From Bacteroidota bacterium (GTDB taxonomy: Bacteria > Bacteroidota > Bacteroidia > NS11-12g > UBA955): a stretch of DNA of 43,508 bases. The number at the start of each line of letters is the position of its first letter. Positions within the stretch are counted from its first letter, which is position 1. Below, piece by piece: positions 35,632 through 43,508 of the stretch. The DNA lies in assembly GCA_947451105.1 (NCBI GenBank), contig CANFXY010000003.1, positions 1 to 43,508 of the forward strand, in the 5' to 3' direction. The position numbers and the translations under genes were made by a program. The notes beneath the pieces are model-generated. The model ran no database searches. It was not told the DNA's origin and saw only the letters and a list, made by a program, of their open reading frames with translations.

Positions 35632-36751
35632 AATATGGCTTTCCTCACCTCATATGGGTGGGAGGGAGCAAGACTTTGTAAACAAAGCATTCGAAAACAA
35701 TTGGGTTGCCCCTCTTGGCGAGAATGTAGATGGATTTGAAAGCGATTTAGAGACTTTTCTTGGCGGCAATGTGCATGTTGCTGCCTTGAGTTCGGGCACT
35801 GCTGCGCTGCATTTAGCATTGGTTCTATTAGGGGTTAAAACAGGGGATGAAGTGATCTGTCAATCTTTTACTTTTTCGGCCTCTGCAAATCCAATTTTAT
35901 ACCAAGGAGCCACCCCTGTTTTTATTGACAGTGAGAAAGATTCGTGGAATATGTGTCCTACCGCTTTGCGCCATTGTATCATTGATCGATTAAGCAATGG
36001 TATAAAACCGAAAGCAATCATTGTGGTGCATTTGTATGGCATGCCCGCAGATATGGATGCCATCATGGCTGTGGCCCAAGAATTTGACATCAAGGTAATA
36101 GAAGATGCGGCCGAGGCTTTAGGGTCTCGATACAAAGATAGAGCCTGCGGCAGCATTGGCGATTTTGGGGTATTGTCTTTTAATGGCAATAAAATAATTA
36201 CAACCTCGGGTGGAGGTGCCTTGGTGTGTAAGACGCCCGAACTAAAACAAAAAACCATTTTCTTGTCCAATCAATCGCGCGACCCTGCCCCGCATTACCA
36301 ACATTCTGAAATTGGCTATAATTATAGAATGAGCAATATATGCGCAGGTATTGGCAGAGGACAGATGGAAGTGTTAAATACAAGGGTTTTAAAAAGACGT
36401 GAGAATTTTGAAATTTACAAAACCGAATTGGGCGCTTGCCCAGGATTAAAACTTCAAGAAGAACCAAGCGGATACTTTTCAAACCGCTGGTTATCGTGTA
36501 TTGTCATTGACGCTGAAATTTTTGGCCGCGATAGGGAGCAAATTCGTTTGAAGTTTGAAGAACAAAACATCGACTCCCGTCCTTTGTGGAAGCCCTTGCA
36601 TCTTCAACCAATATTTGCCCCTTATTCATCCTACATAACGGGTGTCTCAGGGCATTTGTTTAACCATGGTCTCTGTCTTCCAAGTGGAAGCAATCTTGAA
36701 ATAAGTGACCTTAAAACAGTAATCGAAACAATTAAAAACAAGTATAATTAA
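35618..36751 (+). CDS. DegT/DnrJ/EryC1/StrS-family PLP aminotransferase (PglE-like)
   Basis: SGTAALHLAL, DEVICQSFTF, and LSFNGNKIITTSGGGAL carrying the PLP Lys. Confidence 0.9.
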   Translation: MKHPKIWLSSPHMGGREQDFVNKAFENNWVAPLGENVDGFESDLETFLGGNVHVAALSSGTAALHLALVLLGVKTGDEVICQSFTFSASANPILYQGATPVFIDSEKDSWNMCPTALRHCIIDRLSNGIKPKAIIVVHLYGMPADMDAIMAVAQEFDIKVIEDAAEALGSRYKDRACGSIGDFGVLSFNGNKIITTSGGGALVCKTPELKQKTIFLSNQSRDPAPHYQHSEIGYNYRMSNICAGIGRGQMEVLNTRVLKRRENFEIYKTELGACPGLKLQEEPSGYFSNRWLSCIVIDAEIFGRDREQIRLKFEEQNIDSRPLWKPLHLQPIFAPYSSYITGVSGHLFNHGLCLPSGSNLEISDLKTVIETIKNKYN

Positions 36752-36762
36752 ACCACAATCAA

Positions 36763-37371
36763 ATGAAAAAAAATCAACTATTGGTGCTACTAATGATTAG
36801 CACGACTGCATTATTTGCAGACACAAACTTTAGGAAATTGTCCTTAGAAGCTTCCACAGGATACAGTATTCCAACCATTGCTTATCAAACCAGGTATCAA
36901 TCTAATTTCAGAACCTTAGACAACAAAAAAGTGGCCATTCGCTACATGTTAAACCCAAAAATGGGTGTAAGATTAGAATATGTTAGTGATAAGTTCTATA
37001 ACAAACCGAGTTGTTCGAAAGGATGCACCATGAGGCGTTATGGTGCAGAGTTTATTGGCAACATTTCAGAATATGTTCCAAAATTAAACTTTATGCCAAA
37101 ACTTACTTTTATAGGCCATGCAGGATTGGGCTATAGCACTTTACTTTCCTTTCAAGAAATTGACCGCGAGCGCATAGGTTCTATTACCCTAGGTGTTACG
37201 CCAACGTATAAAATTAGTCCAAGCTTTTCAGTGTTTGCTGATTATTCTTTCATCTTAAACACCTACCAGCATCATTTTTATACTGGAAATGTAGTGAATG
37301 AACAATACAAACCTATTGTTGGTGCGCATTCAAATCTGACCTTGGGTATTTCATACTCATTCTTGAAATAA
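36763..37371 (+). CDS. Small outer-membrane beta-barrel protein (porin-family fold)
   Basis: Signal peptide MKKNQLLVLLMISTTALFA. About 8 amphipathic strands. C-terminal LTLGISYSFLK. Confidence 0.5.
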   Translation: MKKNQLLVLLMISTTALFADTNFRKLSLEASTGYSIPTIAYQTRYQSNFRTLDNKKVAIRYMLNPKMGVRLEYVSDKFYNKPSCSKGCTMRRYGAEFIGNISEYVPKLNFMPKLTFIGHAGLGYSTLLSFQEIDRERIGSITLGVTPTYKISPSFSVFADYSFILNTYQHHFYTGNVVNEQYKPIVGAHSNLTLGISYSFLK

Positions 37372-37413
37372 AACAGATAGGCAGAACGGCCTTTACATAA
37401 TTTCATTTTATAA

Positions 37414-37445
37414 AGAGTACTTGCTAACGCAGGTGCTCTTTTTTT
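37414..37445 (+). terminator. Rho-independent terminator closing the polysaccharide locus
   Basis: An 11-bp stem AGAGTACTTGC / GCAGGTGCTCT (two G-U pairs), loop TAAC, then a T-run through 37445. Confidence 0.75.
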
Positions 37446-37583
37446 ATACAAGAGTAATTGTGAAGTTCATATGGTGAAAACATCAAGTATTAGCAATAAG
37501 AGCTAAGGTGAGGGTTGCTTGTTTAAGCGTTTTCTATGAATTTTATCTAGGCATACTGCTTAGATACTACAAGTATAAAGACA

Positions 37584-38204
37584 CTAGCGGTTCAATAATT
37601 CATTAATCTTTACAATGCTTTTGGTATTGAACTTTTCAAAGATTCTTTTTTTGTAGGTGCTAATTGTTGATGGCTTCAGACCCGTAAGTGAATAAATCTC
37701 TTTGTTGCCCAATCCATTTTGCAAGTGTTTAAAAATGGCAAATTCATTTTTTGACATTTTATTGATAGGAGAACTTTGTTTGTGCAATTCCTTTTTGTTA
37801 AAGGTTAAATTAGGCAATAAATCTTGAAGTATATTTTGAGAGATGTATTTATGACCTTGTATAACTCTGTTTAGGCCGAATTCAATTTCTGAAATGTCTA
37901 CATCGTAGGTAAAACAAGCCACCACGTTGACATGGAAAATATTGGAGAGCATACTACTTTCTATGTCATCAAACAAAACAATTATTTTGTTGTTATGCTG
38001 AGCTTTTATCATATGAAAAAAATTCACATACACGGTTTTTGAAATAAAAACATAGCCATCCAAATTGGATTCAAATGTGTCTTCACTTGGTTCGTATTTG
38101 TCGATTATTTCGGCATTAGAGCAAATCTTACGCAATATTGAACTTAATCCAACAATAAATACTGGTTCAAATCCAAAGAAATAAAATCGAAAGTTTTTGT
38201 TCAT
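37584..38204 (-). CDS. LuxR/NarL-type regulator with a degenerate (pseudo-) receiver domain
   Basis: C-terminal HTH MSKNEFAIFKHLQNGLGNKEIYSLTGLKPSTISTYKKRIFEKF. The N-terminal REC-like fold has the acidic pair, phospho-acceptor Asp, Thr/Ser and Lys positions all substituted (FFGFEP, YVFISKT, VLFDD, CFTYD). Confidence 0.7.
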   Translation of the reverse strand: MNKNFRFYFFGFEPVFIVGLSSILRKICSNAEIIDKYEPSEDTFESNLDGYVFISKTVYVNFFHMIKAQHNNKIIVLFDDIESSMLSNIFHVNVVACFTYDVDISEIEFGLNRVIQGHKYISQNILQDLLPNLTFNKKELHKQSSPINKMSKNEFAIFKHLQNGLGNKEIYSLTGLKPSTISTYKKRIFEKFNTKSIVKINELLNR

Positions 38205-38767
38205 TTGTGTAAATTATCTTGAGGTAAAACGAAGGCAGTGTATTGTCAAAAAAACACTTCTGCGTTGGGCCAATGCAGAACGTCAAAATTAAGTTACTTA
38301 GGCGGAACATAATTAAGTAAAACAATTTGCTACGATTATTGTATCATTGAAGAAGCAAAAACAGCAAATAAAAAAATAAAAAGTAGTATTCATGGTAAAA
38401 GAACTTTTTTAATAAATTATCTGTTACGGAAATTTGTATCAAAAAAGCAGGCATTAAACTTTATTTCTCTTGGGTTTGGTTATTTGGTTAAATCACCCCA
38501 ATTATTTCCAGTGAAAGTTTTAAACTTTAAATTACAGATTCTTGGCATCTAATTGCATGATTCAATAAATAGGGCCGGAAAATTTTTGAATCTTGCTTAG
38601 AAAGATAGGGTTGCAGGCAAAAATCAACACTTTGAGTATGTGATTTATAGTTGAAAAACAGCTTCCGTTGTTTTGTTGTTGAATAAAATAAATTAAACAA
38701 AATGGCTTGACCTTAATTGTCAAAAAAAACATGAATTAATTCAAGTGATAAATACATTGCGTAGTAA

Positions 38768-38775
38768 TAGTTTTG
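38768..38775 (+). promoter_or_regulatory. Candidate -7 promoter box (TAGTTTTG), 52 nt upstream of the Crp-like gene
   Basis: Exact TAnnTTTG match. Confidence 0.3.
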
Positions 38776-38827
38776 TCCTCATATAACAATACTATATCTC
38801 TATTATTTTACTCCATAGCAACATACA

Positions 38828-39424
38828 ATGAACAGACTTATTAAACAATTGTCGGATTTTAATTTAAATAAATCTCAAATTGATTATATAATAGGTATGG
38901 GGAAAGTTAAGTCGGTTAAAAGCAATGTAATTTTAATCGAGCATAACAGCATCTGCGACAAAGTTTATTATTTGTTAAAAGGGGCTTTTGTTTGTCGCTA
39001 CATAAATGAAGAAAAGGAAATACAAAAAACAGTTAACTTCTTTATGGAAGGTTCTCACACATTCTTTACATGTGCGGATGGATTTCTAACGTCTAATCCA
39101 ACAAATTGTGAATTAAGGGCAATTAGGTCTTCTCAGGTTATAGAATTTGATCGAAAAGATATTGATATGTTAATTAATGAGGATATAGATATCTTTAAAT
39201 ACTATCATCATAAAGTTAAAGCTGGTTTGATAGAAGAAAACGAATTGAAGATTAAAATTATTACGGAATCATCGGAGAATTTATACAATTACCTAGTTGC
39301 AGAATACCCTAATTTATTGGCTAATCTTTCTACAAAATACATAGCAGAATTTATGGGGATAACACCCGAATGGTTAAGTAAAATTAAAAGAAATCAATTA
39401 AAGGGATATCTTCTAGGTATTTAA
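38828..39424 (+). CDS. Crp/Fnr-family transcriptional regulator (cNMP-binding-like domain plus HTH)
   Basis: Beta-roll region ILIEHNSICDKVYYLLKGAFVCRY...CELRAIRSSQVIEF and C-terminal HTH TKYIAEFMGITPEWLSKIKR. Confidence 0.75.
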   Translation: MNRLIKQLSDFNLNKSQIDYIIGMGKVKSVKSNVILIEHNSICDKVYYLLKGAFVCRYINEEKEIQKTVNFFMEGSHTFFTCADGFLTSNPTNCELRAIRSSQVIEFDRKDIDMLINEDIDIFKYYHHKVKAGLIEENELKIKIITESSENLYNYLVAEYPNLLANLSTKYIAEFMGITPEWLSKIKRNQLKGYLLGI

Positions 39425-39433
39425 AATTAAGTT

Positions 39434-39865
39434 ATGACATTCAAAAACATTAACGATGCAATTGCTGTGCTCATTGAGAAGTTGGAGTTTTTGAAAAATG
39501 TTTTAGACAAGCAAGTTGAATCTGGGCTAATCTCAAACCCAATCAAGGATGTCAACATTGATAATGAAAAGTTTAGAAACTTCAAAATTCACAAAGCCTC
39601 AGATTGGTTGAGGTTTCAAGCTGTTTTTCAAGAAAGTTTCCCCAATTATTATTATTATTTATATCAAAATTACGCTAACAGATTGTCCCAATCTGAATTT
39701 AGGATACTTTTGATGCTCAAAATCAATCGTTGTTATATTTCAATTGCGGAGCAGCTTGGCATTAGTAGAGAGTCGGTTAGAGTTAGTGTATATAGGACCC
39801 GAGTAAAGCTTGGTTTTAAAAATAATTTAGAATTACTCGGTTTTTTGGATTCTATTCGGGTTTAA
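39434..39865 (+). CDS. Short LuxR-type HTH regulator; paralog of 10089-10562
   Basis: DWLRFQAVFQESFPNYY and LSQSEFRILLMLKINRCYISIAEQLGISRESVRVSVYRTRVKL align position for position with the 10089 product. Sits 9 nt downstream of the Crp-like gene. Confidence 0.6.
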   Translation: MTFKNINDAIAVLIEKLEFLKNVLDKQVESGLISNPIKDVNIDNEKFRNFKIHKASDWLRFQAVFQESFPNYYYYLYQNYANRLSQSEFRILLMLKINRCYISIAEQLGISRESVRVSVYRTRVKLGFKNNLELLGFLDSIRV

Positions 39866-39995
39866 TTGCCGCCGTGAGGTTCTAGGCCCTCAATAAATAA
39901 TAAAATTTTTTCTTGTTCAGTAAGGCTTGTTAAAGTTGTGGACAAAGCAATAATTGTTTTTTTCAGAAACTTATTTTTTGTATTTTCGTATTTCC

Positions 39996-42308
39996 ATGCG
40001 TGTATTGGTTTTTCTTATCGTATTGTTTACAGTTTCAAATGCGTCTGCAAAAAGAATTTTTGTAGACAATACGGCTATATCTGGTTCGAACAACGGAAGC
40101 ACATGGGTGAATGCTTATTTGAATTTGGATACAGCTTTTGCAAAGTCTTTACCTGGCGATACCCTTTGGGTGGCTGCGGGGCGGTATTATACCTCTTCTA
40201 ACCGGGATGTGCCATTTAATCTGCCAAATAAAGTTAGCGTCTTTGGCAGTTTTAACAAAACAGAGGCCGATGAATCTGAACGCAAGTTTACCATGTACAA
40301 AACCTATTTGGATGGAGACATTGGGGTTAAAGGCAATACATCTGACAATTCACGTAGGATTTTAAGTATACAGAAAACCGATTCCACCACCATTTTTGAT
40401 GGATTTCATTTGGTAAATGCCAACAATGACATTGTAATTGGTGAAGGAGCTGCGCTGCGCATTGACAGTGCTTTTGTGAGCATACGAAATTGTGTATTTC
40501 AAAACAATCAAAACAAAGGAAGTGGTGCAGGTGTTTATTCTACTTTTGGACAGCGGGTAGAATTTATTTCTTGTAGTTTTATAAACAATGCTGTTAAGGG
40601 TTCTTTTTCAGGATCGGGTGGTGCTTGTTATATACTATCAAATTGCAGTTTTCAATACTGTATATTTAACAACAACAGCAGCGCAGCGGGTAATGGAGGC
40701 GCTTGTCAGGCGACGAAAAATGCAGGTTTCTATGACTGTAAATTTAGTTCTAATCAAGCCGCCTATTCGGGAGCACTTTCTTTAATCAACAAAATAAAAG
40801 ACAGGTGTATTGTTGAAAGATGTATTTTTTCTAACAATATAAGCAACGTGGGCAGCGGTGCGGCTATTTCTTTTACGGCCTTTGATACTTCTTCAATTGA
40901 AATTAACAACTCACTTTTTGTTGGGAATTATGCAAAATCGGGCAATATGATTAATATTACGGACTATGGTAAAATGAAAAGTGCATTAATAAATAATTGT
41001 ACCTTCAGCGGTAACAAAGTTGATGGCACAAACACAACATTCATAAAAGCGACGAGCGGAACACGCATCACCAATTCTATATTTTGGGACAATGCGGTCA
41101 ATAAATTTGTGTTTTATGAAGTGGCTGATTTTGGACTTAATCCACAAGTGAAAAATTGCATAGTAGAAGGTGGTTCTACTTATGGTCAAAAAATATCAAA
41201 CATCAACCCCAATTTTATTAAGTCAAAGTCTTCACTATTGGCACCTTTTAAAGATTCGGGACTGAATTACCGTTTAAGCATAGGCTCTTTTGCTATTGAT
41301 GGTGGTGATTCTATTTATTTGAGTGTTAAAGAAAGAAAAGATTTGGATCTTAAAAAAAGGGTATTCAACAACAATATTGACTTTGGATCCTATGAATCTA
41401 CTAACCCTGTGTGGATAATTGCAGTGAAAGACAGTTTGAATGGCGGCTTAAGCACTGGCTTTGGTTCTTTTCCTAAAGACTCTATGGTGGTCTTGGTGTC
41501 GCATCCTTTTGCCTGCTCACAATTCTACGCTTGGATGGAGAATGGGAAAGTTCTATCTACCGATAGTGTCTTTAAATTTAAAGCAGATAAAAACAGAAAA
41601 ATTACGGCGGTATACCCCTTTAAAAAATTTACACTAAATGCCTTTGTTAAAAATGGGACTTTAGAAGGGAAGGTGCTCGGGGTAGGAACATACAACTGCA
41701 ATGATTCTTTGAAAACGCTTACCGCAATTCCAGACGCGTGTTACCGTTTTGTTGAATGGCGCGAAAATGGGTTTCCAATTTCGACACAAACAAAGCTAAA
41801 CGTCAAGTTAAAAAGCAACCGAGAGTTTGAAGCCGTTTTTGAAAAAATAACATTAAAATTGACATTGTCTACCCAACCTGTAAATGGCGGTACTGTGACA
41901 GGGGCTGGAACATTCAATTGCAAATCACCTGTGCAAGTGGGTGTTAAAGCCAATCCTGGATTTGTGTTTTTTGCATGGTTGGATATGGCCAATGGTTATC
42001 TTGTTTCGACAGATTCGAATTATTCGTTTCCCATCAATTCAGATAGAGAACTCAGAGCTTGGTTTCATGTCAATACGGGCATAGAATCGCAATTCAAATC
42101 CCTAGGATTTTATCCCAACCCTTGCCACGATTATTTGTATCTTCAATCTGAATACAATCAATACCAAATTTTCAATGCCGAAGGGCAATTGATCAAAGCG
42201 GGTGTTGAACAAACAATAGATGTAAAAGCCCTTTTGCCTGGTATGTATTTGCTTGAAGTATATGATGCCTCAGGTTACAAGCAGCGCTTCAAATTTGTTA
42301 AGGAATAA
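39996..42308 (+). CDS. T9SS-secreted right-handed beta-helix protein with three InlB-B-repeat-like domains and a Por_Secre_tail CTD
   Basis: Signal peptide MRVLVFLIVLFTVSNASA. IFVDNTAISGSNNGSTWVNAY...GDTLWVAAGRYY opener. Repeated GxGGA/GSGAA beta-helix rungs. Three modules of about 70 aa. C-terminal FYPNPCHDYLYLQ...LLPGMYLLEVYD...KFVKE sorting domain. Confidence 0.8.
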   Translation: MRVLVFLIVLFTVSNASAKRIFVDNTAISGSNNGSTWVNAYLNLDTAFAKSLPGDTLWVAAGRYYTSSNRDVPFNLPNKVSVFGSFNKTEADESERKFTMYKTYLDGDIGVKGNTSDNSRRILSIQKTDSTTIFDGFHLVNANNDIVIGEGAALRIDSAFVSIRNCVFQNNQNKGSGAGVYSTFGQRVEFISCSFINNAVKGSFSGSGGACYILSNCSFQYCIFNNNSSAAGNGGACQATKNAGFYDCKFSSNQAAYSGALSLINKIKDRCIVERCIFSNNISNVGSGAAISFTAFDTSSIEINNSLFVGNYAKSGNMINITDYGKMKSALINNCTFSGNKVDGTNTTFIKATSGTRITNSIFWDNAVNKFVFYEVADFGLNPQVKNCIVEGGSTYGQKISNINPNFIKSKSSLLAPFKDSGLNYRLSIGSFAIDGGDSIYLSVKERKDLDLKKRVFNNNIDFGSYESTNPVWIIAVKDSLNGGLSTGFGSFPKDSMVVLVSHPFACSQFYAWMENGKVLSTDSVFKFKADKNRKITAVYPFKKFTLNAFVKNGTLEGKVLGVGTYNCNDSLKTLTAIPDACYRFVEWRENGFPISTQTKLNVKLKSNREFEAVFEKITLKLTLSTQPVNGGTVTGAGTFNCKSPVQVGVKANPGFVFFAWLDMANGYLVSTDSNYSFPINSDRELRAWFHVNTGIESQFKSLGFYPNPCHDYLYLQSEYNQYQIFNAEGQLIKAGVEQTIDVKALLPGMYLLEVYDASGYKQRFKFVKE
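41405..42070 (+). repeat. Three tandem domain repeats of about 70 aa inside the T9SS protein (InlB B-repeat / Listeria-Bacteroides repeat type)
   Basis: Each repeat shares the pattern G.V.G.G.Y........L.A.P....F..W..NG..(V/I)ST......(F/L)......(V/A)(F/Y). Boundaries are approximate. Confidence 0.55.
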
Positions 42309-42310
42309 CC

Positions 42311-43159
42311 TTAACCAATAAGTTCACTTAATTTAAAGATTTTATCCGCTACAAAAGTGCCGCGTTCGTTTTTGCTTACCGTACAGCTTTCATTCACAGG
42401 ATCGTGTTCAAAAAATAAGATGTAGTTGTTGGCAAGTGCTTCGTCTAAAAACAATTGACGGTCGCGCATACTCTCCAATGGTTTGATGTCATAAGCCATC
42501 ACATAATTAACTGGTAAGTGTCCAAGAGAAGGGATTAAATCTGCACAAAACACGATGGTTTGTCCTTTATAATTTATCTGCGGCAACATCATGGCTTCGG
42601 TATGCCCGTATACCGTACGCAGGTTTATAAATTCGGCAACATCATTTGCTTGGTGCGCAAATTTCAATTGTCCGCTTTCTTCAATTGGAACAATGTTTTC
42701 CGTTAAGAAGCTTGCTTTCTCTCTAGGATTAGAATTCAAAGCGTGTTGCCAATGTTGCTCGTTGCTCCAGAAGATAGCATTCTTAAATGCAGGGCGGTAT
42801 TTGCTGCGGTCTTCGTTCCATTCTATGCTGCCTCCACAATGGTCGAAATGCAAATGGGTTAAGACCACATCGGTAATATCGTCGCGGTGAAAACCAAGTT
42901 CTTTCAAGGAATTGTCTAGGGTTTGATGGCCATTGAGGTAATAGAATCCAAAGAATTTGTCGGATTGTTTTTGCCCAATGCCATTGTCAATTAATATCAA
43001 TCTGTTACCATCTTCAATCAAGAGACATCGCATGGCCCAATTGCACATGTTGTTGTCGTCTGCTGGGTTTAAGTTTTTCCATATGCTTTTAGGTACTACG
43101 CCATACATAGCGCCACCATCCAGTTTGAAAAAGCCTGTGTCTATCGTGTAAAGATGCAT
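42311..43159 (-). CDS. MBL-fold metallo-hydrolase
   Basis: HxHxDH motif VLTHLHFDHCGG plus downstream His/Asp ligands. 282 aa. Confidence 0.8.
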   Translation of the reverse strand: MHLYTIDTGFFKLDGGAMYGVVPKSIWKNLNPADDNNMCNWAMRCLLIEDGNRLILIDNGIGQKQSDKFFGFYYLNGHQTLDNSLKELGFHRDDITDVVLTHLHFDHCGGSIEWNEDRSKYRPAFKNAIFWSNEQHWQHALNSNPREKASFLTENIVPIEESGQLKFAHQANDVAEFINLRTVYGHTEAMMLPQINYKGQTIVFCADLIPSLGHLPVNYVMAYDIKPLESMRDRQLFLDEALANNYILFFEHDPVNESCTVSKNERGTFVADKIFKLSELIG

Positions 43160-43170
43160 AAGAATTGTAA

Positions 43171-43508
<338 letters not shown>

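Noticed and set aside
1461-36482. Long antisense ORFs inside well-supported genes. Examples: 1461-1847, 6112-6534, 13719-14129, 29290-29634, 33112-33528, 35860-36270 and 36198-36482, all on the minus strand.
   Set aside because: Each lies wholly opposite a gene with clear family motifs and has no motifs of its own. They are typical shadow ORFs.
39874-39910. A possible terminator hairpin (TGAGG-N8-CCTCA) after the second HTH gene.
   Set aside because: The stem is only 5 bp and the T-run lies about 14 nt further downstream. This is too weak to call.
39938-40201. An 87-aa plus-strand ORF upstream of and overlapping the T9SS protein gene. Also the internal plus-strand ORFs at 40138-40365 and 40588-40785.
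   Set aside because: They are out-of-frame overlaps with the beta-helix gene. They are Cys/Phe-rich with no motifs, and the real gene has a clean signal peptide at 39996.
42306-42313. The convergent stop codons of the T9SS gene and the MBL hydrolase gene are separated by only 2 nt, with no terminator.
   Set aside because: This is real but unremarkable in compact genomes. There is no hairpin or T-tract to interpret.

Overview
This 43.5 kb window is from a Bacteroidota genome. The evidence is a T9SS C-terminal sorting domain, a UpxY-type NusG paralog, TAnnTTTG promoter boxes and the absence of Shine-Dalgarno sequences. GC is roughly 40% in the flanks.

Layout:
- 67-5977: a tightly packed envelope cluster of a YfhO-like polytopic membrane protein, a GT2, an outer-membrane beta-barrel and two signal-peptide TonB-C-domain paralogs.
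- 6062-9012: a housekeeping operon (MFS transporter, miaE, DUF421, SAM methyltransferase) ending in a clean intrinsic terminator.
- 9385-10562: a small regulatory module (stand-alone receiver, an unannotated 57-codon membrane micro-ORF, a short LuxR-type HTH protein).
- 10630-37371: an uninterrupted same-strand surface-polysaccharide locus of about 27 kb, closed by a strong terminator at 37414-37445. In order it encodes a CapD/PglF-like dehydratase, Wza, Wzc, UpxY, Wzm, Wzt, Glf, about 11 glycosyltransferases, a pyruvyl transferase, an EpsG/Wzy-like polymerase, a PglC-like phosphoglycosyl transferase, a PglD-like acetyltransferase, a PglE-like aminotransferase and an OM beta-barrel.
- 37584-39865: a second regulatory module (pseudo-receiver LuxR regulator, Crp/Fnr regulator, and a paralog of the first short HTH protein).
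- 39996-42308: a T9SS-secreted beta-helix protein.
- 42311-43159 (minus strand): an MBL-fold hydrolase.
- 43285 to the window edge: the 5-prime end of lpd.

I found no rRNA, tRNA, CRISPR array, transposase, integrase or recognisable defence genes.

The most interesting signals are:
- The glycan locus has hybrid export logic: Wza/Wzc, an ABC transporter and a Wzy-like polymerase, but no Wzx.
- There is an abrupt GC drop from about 47% to 28% inside wzt, marking a swapped AT-rich cassette.
- Paralogous short HTH regulators bracket the locus, each paired with a different sensor-like partner.
- The unannotated micro-ORF is translationally coupled to one of those regulators.
- The control regions at both ends are dense with repeats.

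All functional calls rest on motif recognition by eye in the supplied translations. No database search was run.
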